In this document: piece by piece, positions 21,573 through 29,008 of the stretch
Layout of the letters: each line of letters begins with the position of its first letter
How positions within the stretch are numbered: the stretch's first letter is position 1
Made by a program: the position numbers and the translations under genes
From: Octopus sinensis
Lineage: Eukaryota
Length of the DNA stretch: 29,008 nt
Reading direction: 5' to 3'
Assembly: GCF_006345805.1 (NCBI RefSeq)
Contig: NW_021832930.1
Location: forward strand, 1 to 29,008
Notes under the pieces: generated by a model
Databases searched by the model: none
The model's input: only the letters and a program-made list of their open reading frames with translations
What the model was told of the DNA's origin: nothing

Positions 21573-21932
21573 AAATCAAACGGGGGGGGAAACTGCGTAG
21601 GATTAATAACCCAACCGCCATAAAAATGTTGGCGTTCGGCGTATAACCCATCCATGTGCATACGTCCATGTTCACGTTCACATGAGCGTACACTTACGGA
21701 ATACGAGCATGCATACATGTTTTGTGTGACACGCATAACACATGCAAATGCAACATATGCATATGTTGGCAACTAAGCATATGCATCAACGCATCCATAC
21801 GTATACACCTACAGACATTGTACATATACGAACATACATGTATATATACACGCACACACATACATATGCGTATATGTGCGTGTGTTAGAGTGAATATTAT
21901 TTGAGCATCGTGTATGTATGTATGTATGTATG

Positions 21933-21963
<31 letters not shown>

Positions 21964-22135
21964 TGTATGTATGTATGTATGTATGTATGTATGTATGTAT
22001 GTATGTGTGTATGTATGTATGTATGTATGCATGTATGTATGCATGTATGAATGTATGCATGTATGTATGTATGTATGTGTGTATGTATGTATGTATGTGT
22101 GTATGTATGTATGTGTGTATGTATGTATGTATGTA

Positions 22136-22166
<31 letters not shown>

Positions 22167-22300
22167 ATGTATGTATGTATGTATGCATGTATGCATGTAT
22201 GTATGTACGTATGTATGTATGTATGTATGTACGTATGTATGTATGTATGTATGTACGTATGTATGTATGTATGTATGTATGCATGTCTGTGTGTGTGTAT
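20440..22300. repeat. GA-rich tract, CT-rich tract, (GTA/GTG)n, (GAT/GAC)n and (TGTA)n
   Basis: GA-rich 20440-20675, CT-rich 20755-20890, (GTA/GTG)n 21018-21390, (GAT/GAC)n 21460-21570, (TGTA)n 21911-22282. Confidence 0.95.
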
Positions 22301-22309
22301 ATATATATA

Positions 22310-22487
22310 GGCGTAGGGGTGGGTGTGTGGTAAGTAGCTTGCTTACCAACCACATGGTTCTGGGTTCATTCTCACAGCGTGACACCTTGGGCAAGTGTCT
22401 TCTACCATAGGCTCAGACCGGCCAAATCCTTGTGAGTGGATTTGGCAGACGGAAACTGAAAGAAGCACACACGCACACACACACACA

Positions 22488-22557
<70 letters not shown>

Positions 22558-22767
22558 TTATGTATTTATGTGTTTGTGTTTGTCCCCCCAACATCGCTTG
22601 ACAATCGATGCTGGTGTGTTTGCGCCCCCGTAACTTAGCGGTTCGGCAAAAAGAGACCAATAGAATAAGTACTAGGCTTACAAAGAATAAGTCCTGGGGT
22701 CGATTTGCTCGACTAAAGGCGGTGCTCCAGCATGGCCACAGTCAAATGACTGAAACAATTAAAAGAA
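22310..22767 (+). mobile_element. SINE-1, full length with expanded (CA)(TA)(TG) linker
   Basis: Head GGCGTAGGGGTGGGTGTGTGGTAAGTAGC; tail CAGCATGGCCACAGTCAAATGACTGAAACAATTAAAAGAA. Confidence 0.92.
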
Positions 22768-23047
22768 TATATATATATATGTGCATACATGTATGTATAG
22801 TTATATATGTACATGTGCGCGTGTGTGTAATACTTAACCTTTTAATCAGCAGAGATCATAAGATTTCTAAAAGCAAAAAACCCAAAGATAAAGTACATCT
22901 ACTCAAGAGTCGAGTATATAAGTTGTCATACCACACCTATACAGTCATATATCTATATATAAATAAATGCATGCGCAACCAAACACACTCACGTAAATAC
23001 ATACAGATGGAATATGGGAGGTTTTAGGTGATCTAAACGGATAGGTA

Positions 23048-23134
23048 CGCCTTTAGTCGAACAAATCAAACCCATGACTTAGCCTATGTAAGCCTAGTAC
23101 TTATTCTACCGGACTCTTCTGCCGAACCGCTAAG
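23048..23134 (-). mobile_element. SINE-1 3' module fragment that seeds the adjacent minisatellite
   Basis: CGCCTTTAGTCGA...GTAAGCCTAGTACTTATTCTACCGGACTCTTCTGCCGAACCGCTAAG matches 20027-20125. Confidence 0.85.
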
Positions 23135-23473
23135 TTATTTTATCGATCTCCTTTGGCGAACTGCTAGATTATTTTATCGATCACGATTGGCGAACCGCTA
23201 GATTATGTAATCGATCCCCTTTGGCGAGCAGCTAAGTTATATTTTCGATCTCCTTTGGCGAACCGCTAAGTTATTTCATCGATCTCCTTTGGTGAACCAC
23301 TAAGTTATTTTATCGAAACGATTGGTAAACCACTAAGTTAGTTTATCGATCACGTTTGGCGAATCGCTAAGTTGTTTTATCGATCACTTTTGGCGAACCT
23401 CTAAGTTATTTTATCGATATCCTTTGGCGAACCACTAAGTTATTTCATCGATCTCGATTGGTGAACCACTAAG
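23101..23473. repeat. 34-bp minisatellite, 11 units
   Basis: Consensus TTATTTTATCGATCTCCTTTGGCGAACCGCTAAG; units start at 23101, 23135, 23169, 23203, 23237, 23271, 23305, 23338, 23372, 23406 and 23440. Confidence 0.95.
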
Positions 23474-23567
23474 TCATTTTAAGATTGGACACCTTTTGCC
23501 CGATTTCAATCTAATTTTCATCATGGTAAAGTGGAAGCGGATTTGTAATTTAAGCGCGGAAATCTAA

Positions 23568-23740
23568 TTTTTTATAAATAAGAGAGAGATTGATAAAGAT
23601 AGAGAGTAAGAGAAAGCGTCCGAGAGAAAGGAAGAGGGAGACACAAAGAGGGAGAATGTGGCGATAAGAAACAGAAGGAAAGCAACAGAAAGTAACAACC
23701 ATACCCTCACCCGCGCGTAGAGCGGGTCACCTTAAACTAG
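23568..23740 (+). mobile_element. Helitron 3' terminal fragment
   Basis: Hairpin ACCCGC-gcgtaga-GCGGGT (23709-23727), a 9-nt spacer, CTAG (23737-23740), then T. The preceding GA-rich segment is homologous to 24482-24697. Confidence 0.8.
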
Positions 23741-24113
23741 TCAATATCTATAAAGCTGAAATGCGAAAAGTTTGTTTGTCTCATTTTGCGATTGGAACAG
23801 GTTAAGGGGCACTAGATGGGGTCGGATTGGTTACTAGGGCAACAAAACCCACACTTTGACAAGTGTTTGTCGTTTCTCCCTTTCGCACATCACCCTCTCT
23901 TCCTCCGTCTCTCTCTTTCCTTCCTTCCCTCCACATTCTCTCTATAACGACGTTTGACAGCTTCGCCGTCTCTCTGTCACTCTTTCTCCCACCACCTCTC
24001 TCACCGTACGTCTGTCTGTATCTATATAAAGCTTTGATAGCCGCAAAAGTTTAAATATTCCCGCTAATCTTAATATATTATAGTCATCAACCCCTAGACA
24101 TTAGAGACGGTAA
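23741..24113 (+). mobile_element. Helitron 5' portion lacking its own 3' end
   Basis: Starts TCAATATCTATAAAGCTGAAATGC, near-identical to the start at 24114, and abuts the upstream CTAG. Confidence 0.65.
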
Positions 24114-24697
24114 TCAATATCTATAAAACTGAAATGCAAAAAAGTTGTTTGATTTCTTGGTTATTTGTCTCATTTTGGGGCTGTTTCTCATTTTTACGTA
24201 TTTTTGCCTTTTATTTTTTATTGTTTACAGTTTTCATTTTTTCGGAAAGAAATTTACAGCTGCATGTAGCCCGTGTTTAGAGCATTCATTTGCATGGTAA
24301 ATCGTCGAAAAATTCCCAAAATAAGTACTAAATTTAACAACGAAATCCTTTTTCTCCTTATTTTAAATCGCTCGAATAGTGGCACGTACAAATGCCAATT
24401 GTGCTTTCCGTTGTCACTGCCTGATATTTATGATTGAGCTTTCAAAATATTTTCTTTCTCAACTTACTCAAGATCTTTGTCTTTTTTATAAATGGGAAAG
24501 AGATAGATAGAGAAAGATAGAGAGTAAGAGAAAGCGAGGGAGAGTCCGAGAGAAAGGAAGAGTAAGAGAGTGGGAAAGTGAGAGAGAAAGGAGAGAAAAA
24601 CAAAGAAGGAGAATGTGGCGATAAGAAAGAGAAAGGAAGCAACAGAAGGTAACAACCACACTCTCACCCGCGCGTAGAGCGGGTCACCTTAAGCTAG
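24114..24697 (+). mobile_element. Non-autonomous Helitron, complete (584 bp)
   Basis: A|TC start (A24113, TCAATATCTATAAAACTGAAATGC), the same subterminal hairpin (24666-24684), CTAG (24694-24697) followed by T; no TSD and no ORF. Confidence 0.8.
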
Positions 24698-24763
24698 TAT
24701 ATATATATATATATATATATATATTCTTTCTCTATTACCAAGGAATCTGGAAATAAAACTATG

Positions 24764-24987
24764 ATATACATACATACATACATACATACATACATACATA
24801 CATAAATACATACATACATACATACATACATACATACATACATACATACATAAATACATACATACATACATACATACATGCATACATACATACATACATA
24901 CATGCATACATACATACATACATACATACATGCATACACATACACACATGCACGCATACATACATACATACATACATACATACTACA

Positions 24988-25018
<31 letters not shown>
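24764..25018. repeat. (TACA)n microsatellite
   Basis: Directly visible. Confidence 0.97.
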
Positions 25019-25019
25019 G

Positions 25020-25632
25020 CACAAAGGGGGAAAACGATAAGTCAGACTAGTAACATCTCCGTCAATGATTTGGTTGTTTACCGTGTATCTGACGAGCAAT
25101 GTTACAGGTATCTAAGGGTGGATTAAAACATGTCTTACAATCGCACCTGTAACAAAACACGTGTCACTAAATATTACAGCCGAATAAAGAAAATTTGGAC
25201 CTCAGAACTCTCTGCATTCAATAAAACTGCCCCACAATGTGTTTGCAGTGCCAATACTCATACCAAAATTTGGGCCGCTTAATTGGACCCATGGTGAGAT
25301 CCGAACCATTGATGTGAAAACCCGAAAAATACTAACAAGCACACATAATTTCCACATAAACAGTGGCGTAGACCGCCCCTACATAAAACGAAAACAAGGC
25401 GGAAGAGGCTTAACATCGATCAAAAATGCCTTTGAATGCTGCGTCATATACTTTCGGCATCTTTTAGCCACCAAATGTCGAAGTGCATCCGGTTACCAAG
25501 TTTGCACACATTAGGCTGAAAACATCATAAGACTTGGATGAACTATTGAGAAATGCTGAACTATGGAGAAATCTGCAGTTACTCTATCCAGATTACAAGA
25601 TCAGGTTTATACCTATAATAACTGGGGCCCTG
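25020..25632 (+). pseudogene. R4/Dong-clade (RLE-type) non-LTR retrotransposon relic: RT C-terminus/thumb joined to end of endonuclease region
   Basis: Translates as QRGK...YRYLRVD-stop(25124)-...YYSRIKKIWTSELSAFNK, frameshift near 25230, then HNVFAVPILIPKFGPLNW..EIRTIDVKTRKILT..NFHINSGVDRPYIKRKQGGRGL; from 25561 LWRNLQLLYPDYKIRFIPIITGAL. These match the YKYLG, D.KTRK.LT, DRLY..R..GGRGL and PII.GALG motifs I recall for R4/Dong ORFs. Confidence 0.85.
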
Positions 25633-25651
25633 TAATTATACCTATAATTAT

Positions 25652-26145
25652 TGTGGAGGCGCAATGGCCCATTGGTTAGGGCAGCGGACTTGCGGTCGTA
25701 GGATCGCGGTTTCGATTCCCAGACCGGGCATTGCGAGTGTTTATTGAGCGAAAACACCTAAAGCTCCACGACGATCCGACAGGGGGTGGTGGTGAACCCT
25801 GCTGTACTCTTTCACCACAACTTTCTCTCACTCTTTCTTCCTGTTTCTGTTGTACCTGAATTTCAAAGGGCCAGCCTTGTCACACTCTGTGTCAGCTGAA
25901 TCTCCTCGAGAACTACGTTTAGGGTACACGTGTCTGTGGAGTGCTCAGCCACTTGCACGTCAATGGTGCCAAGCTGTATCAGCCTTTGCCTTTCCCTTGG
26001 ATAACATCGGTGGCGTGACGTGGAGAAGGAAGGCTGGTATGCGTGGGCGGCTGCTGGTCTTCCATATACAATCTTGCCCAGACTTGTACCTCGGAGGGTA
26101 GCTTTCTAGGTGCAATTCCATGGTCATTCATGACCGACGGAGGTC
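25652..26145 (+). mobile_element. SINE-4 (head B + central module + tail Y) inserted into the LINE relic
   Basis: A-box and B-box (GGTTTCGATTCC) present. ACTGGGGCCCTG is duplicated at 25621-25632 and 26154-26165 as a TSD, with short filler on each side. Confidence 0.9.
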
Positions 26146-26153
26146 ACAATCAC

Positions 26154-26392
26154 ACTGGGGCCCTGGGATGTTATACACTGCCTTTTCAGATTTGAGAAGC
26201 CTAATTTCTCAAGATTGATATAATATCAATCTTGAGAAATTAAGCTTCTCAACGCCGGAAAGGAGAAAGCTAATTCGAAAGCTACAGATCCAGTTCATCA
26301 CTGGAACTGTAAAAATCTGTAAGAATTTCCAGAAGTTTACCGAGAAAACGAACAAGGAAACTACCATGCAAACAAAGCTCGACAGAAAGTGA
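26154..26392 (+). pseudogene. C-terminal end of the same R4/Dong relic
   Basis: GGG GCC CTG GGA (GALG) resumes after the SINE; 26231-26392 reads LEKLSFSTPERRKLIRKLQIQFITGTVKICKNFQKF...stop, resembling the L..LG...IQ....GT..I C-terminus I recall for this clade. Confidence 0.7.
26192..26252. repeat. 61-bp near-perfect palindrome (30-bp arms, 1 mismatch, 1-nt centre)
   Basis: TTGAGAAGCCTAATTTCTCAAGATTGATAT-A-ATATCAATCTTGAGAAATTAAGCTTCTCAA. Confidence 0.95.
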
Positions 26393-26446
26393 CGATAACT
26401 GGACGATATATTGTGTGTCTTTTGAATATATGATTTAGCGTCATAC

Positions 26447-27052
26447 AAGGCGGCGGCGAGTTGGCAGAAACGTTAGCACGCCGGGCTAAACGCTTAGCGG
26501 TATTTCGTCTGCCGCTACGTTCTGAGTTCAAATTCCACCGAAGTCGACTCCCCCTTTCATCCTTTCGGGGTCGATTAAATAAGTACCAGTTACGCACTGT
26601 GGTCGATATAATCGACTTAATCCGTTTGTCTGTCCTTGTTTGTCCCCTCTGTGTTTAGTCACTTGTGGGTAGTAAAGAAATTGGTATTTCCTCTGCCGCA
26701 ACGTTCTGAGTTCAAATTCCGCAGAGTTTCAACTTTGCCTTTCATCCTTTCGAGGTCGATTAAATAAGTACCAGTTACGCACTGGTGTCGATATAATCGA
26801 CTTAATCCGTTTGTCTGTTCTTGTGTGTTCCTTCTGTGTCTACCCCCTTGTGGGTAGTAAAGAAATAGGTATAACGTCTGCCGCTACGTTCTGAGTTCAA
26901 ATTCCGCCGATGTCGACTTTGCCTTTCATCCTTTCGGGGTCGATTAAATAAATACCAGTTACGAACTGGGGTCAATGTAATCGATATAATCCGTTTCTCT
27001 GTCCTAGTTTGTCCCCTCTATGTTTAGCCCCTTGTGGGCAATAAAAAAAATA
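26447..27052 (+). mobile_element. SINE-2 head followed by three tandem units (184, 185, ~184 bp)
   Basis: Units start at 26500, 26684 and 26869. Confidence 0.92.
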
Positions 27053-27053
27053 C

Positions 27054-27247
27054 GAAACGTTAGCACACCGGGCGAAATGCTTAGCGATATTTCGTTTGTC
27101 TTTATGTTCTGAGTTCAAATTTCGCTGAGGTCGACTTTGCATTTTATCGATAAATTAAGTACCAGTTGACCACTGGGATCGATCTAATTGATTGGCCCCC
27201 TCCCCACCAAAATTTCGGGTTGTGTGCCTAGAGTAGAAAAGATTATT
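27054..27247 (+). mobile_element. SINE-2, slightly 5'-truncated, with the single-copy type tail
   Basis: GAAACGTTAGCACACCGGGCGAAATGCTTAGCG...GAGTTCAAATT...CCCCTCCCCACCAAAATTTCGGGTTGTGTGCC. Confidence 0.8.
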
Positions 27248-27415
27248 TAACTCCACACACCGTCTTTGCTAACATTCTACGGATTTATGTATACATATAT
27301 AGATAGATATCTATCTATATAGATAGATAGATGTGTGTCTGTGTTTGTCCTCCGCTACTGCTTGAGCAAAAAGGAACGGATAGATTAAGTACCAGACTTT
27401 ACAAAATAAAAAAAA

Positions 27416-27780
27416 GGAGTGGCTGTGTGGTAAGTAGGTTGCTTACCAACCACATGGTTCCGGGTTCAGTCCCACTACGTGGCACATTGAGCAGGTGTCT
27501 TCTATTATAGCCCCGGACCGACCAAAGCCTTGTGAGTGGATTTGGTAGAGGAAAACTAAAAGAAGCCCGTCGTATATGTGTGTGTGTCTGTGTTTGTCCC
27601 CCCAACATCGCTTGACAACCGATGTTGGTGTGTTCGCAGCCCCGTAACCTAGCAGTTTGGCCTAAGGGACCGATAGAATAAGTACTAGGCTTACAAGGAA
27701 TAAGTCCTGGAGTCGATTTGCTCGACTAAAGGCGGTGCTCCAGCATGGCCGCAGTCAAATGACTGAAAAAGTAAAAGAAT
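27416..27780 (+). mobile_element. SINE-1, near full length
   Basis: GGAGTGGCTGTGTGGTAAG...GCAGTCAAATGACTGAAAAAGTAAAAGAAT. Extra 3'-module fragments flank it at about 27335-27410 and 27812-27902. Confidence 0.92.
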
Positions 27781-28087
27781 AAAAAAAAATTTTAAAAACA
27801 AACTAAAAGATCTTCTGGGGATGATTTTTCAAACTAAATCTATCGAGGCGGTGCTCCAGGATGGCCGCAGTTCAATGACTGAAGCAAGTAACAGATAAAA
27901 GAGGCAAAATAAAGGGTCAGATTTCGGGTAGACAGAGGCATTCTGGAGTTTTCTGCATTTTTATCTTCACCGGAATGTCTACCAAAAGTGGGGCGAGTCT
28001 TAAGGGTCCGAAAATACGGTATTTACGTATTTATTCATTTTGACCGGTTTCAACTTAGAGCGGCGCATGGGCACTCGCCGTCGTTTT

Positions 28088-28279
28088 TAAATTGCTTTCA
28101 AAGTTTGGTTCCAGGCCAGCAACTTCGGGGAGGTCGTAAGTCGATAACATCGATCCCAGTGCATAACTGGTGCTAAATTTATCGACCCGTATGAGAGGTA
28201 AAGTCGACCTTGGCAGAATTTGAACTCAGAACGTCAAGACGGACGAAATGCCGCTAAGCATTTTATCCGGTGTACTAAT
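28088..28279 (-). mobile_element. SINE-2, inverted, single-copy type
   Basis: AAAGTCGACCTTGGCAGAATTTGAACTCAGAACG...GGACGAAATGCCGCTAAGCATT; tail similar to 9831-9880. Confidence 0.85.
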
Positions 28280-28388
28280 GTACACCTTCACCGATATTTC
28301 TAAATTGATATTTTTCCATGTTTATAAAGAAGAATCAGAATTCTTTGAGGCAGATTTTCTACGGTTGGATGTCTTTCCTGTTGCTCAC

Positions 28389-28510
28389 CTTCTCTTGTTT
28401 CCAACTCCGGTAATACCACCTCCACCCTCACCTTGATCGGACATATTTTCATGGAAGATTGAAAAATCAATGATATTGTCTGTTTCACGGTGCGCTCGTT
28501 TACAAGTCTC
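28389..28510 (-). CDS. Candidate exon; may contain a start codon (ATG 28444-28442: MSDQGEGGGGITGVGNKR)
   Basis: Acceptor ctattgattttacAG (28512-28511) and two consensus-like donors, AAG|GTGAGG (28431) and AAG|GTGAGC (28388); two frames are open. The frame cannot be decided from sequence alone. Confidence 0.35.
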
Positions 28511-28697
28511 CTGTAAAATCAATAGAAGCAAATAGACTCTATCCGTATGTGCATACTTCTGCGCATGTGTGAGCGTGTGCGTGTGTTTTTGTGTGCGTGT
28601 GTGTATGTGTGCGTGTGTGTGTGTGTGTGTGCGTGCGTGCATGCGTTTGCCTTCAACGCCAGAATGTAGTGTCACGAAACAGGATGAACGAAGTGTC

Positions 28698-28748
28698 ACC
28701 AATCAGTCAGCTGCGCCACGTCATCAGCGTCCAAATAGCTACGCCCAC
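28698..28748. promoter_or_regulatory. Candidate promoter motif cluster
   Basis: ACCAATCA (CCAAT 28699-28703), CAGCTG (28708-28713), CCACGTCA (28716-28723), TACGCCCAC (28740-28748), about 190-240 bp upstream of the candidate minus-strand exon. Confidence 0.3.
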
Positions 28749-28964
28749 TCGTCTCATTCCAAATTTAAGTCAGCTATTCAATATGTTACAGCAAACTCTT
28801 CCGTTGACGAATTCCAATGAGAGCGAAACATGTGCAGAATTACCTCGAATGCTTTCCGATTTAAAACAAAAAAAAAATTGAGGTGGGAGACCTGACAGCT
28901 ATTTCTGTCGTCACTTAATTTGATCCCACTTTTGCTAAACTTTCAACAAGTTACTGCACGATCA

Positions 28965-29008
28965 GAAATACCTATTTCTTTATTACCCACAAGGGTTAAA
29001 CACAGAGG
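28965..29008 (-). mobile_element. 3' end of another SINE-2 tandem-type unit, cut by the window edge
   Basis: The reverse complement is CCTCTGTGTTTAACCCTTGTGGGTAATAAAGAAATAGGTATTTC, identical in form to the unit junctions at 19255-19272. Confidence 0.8.

Noticed and set aside
20660-22394. 328-aa Ser/Gly-rich ORF and the MYVC/HTYI ORFs
   Set aside because: Explained by (GTA/GTG)n and (TGTA)n; overlapping ORFs occur in multiple frames.
22843-22870. 28-nt minus-strand segment with good acceptor and donor
   Set aside because: Stop codons in all three frames; at most a non-coding exon, with no other support.
23101-23473. 34-bp periodic array as a CRISPR array
   Set aside because: Units are contiguous with no unique spacers, derive from a SINE, and there are no cas genes; the context is eukaryotic.
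28699-28720. ERSE (CCAAT-N9-CCACG)
   Set aside because: The spacer is 12 nt, not 9; only the separate motifs are reported.

Overview
Eukaryotic, AT-rich, repeat-dominated DNA. The tRNA-headed SINE families and extreme microsatellite load match what I recall of octopus (coleoid cephalopod) genomes; this is recognition, not a database hit. No complete protein-coding gene, rRNA, true tRNA or CRISPR array is supported, and almost every ORF in the track is a translated microsatellite. Supported features are: about 20 copies or fragments of four SINE heads (locally named SINE-1 to SINE-4), several with exact target-site duplications; a decayed R4/Dong-clade non-LTR retrotransposon (25020-26392); a head-to-tail cluster of non-autonomous Helitron ends (23568-24697); a CpG-decayed minimal hammerhead ribozyme (17635-17672); two SINE-derived arrays of three ~184-bp units; a 34-bp SINE-derived minisatellite; an element flanked by (AAT)n on both sides; and a few candidate minus-strand exons and promoter-like motif islands. 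I see no convincing new biological system. The most novel-looking signals concern mobile-element biology: SINE multimers, head/tail shuffling and ribozyme relics.
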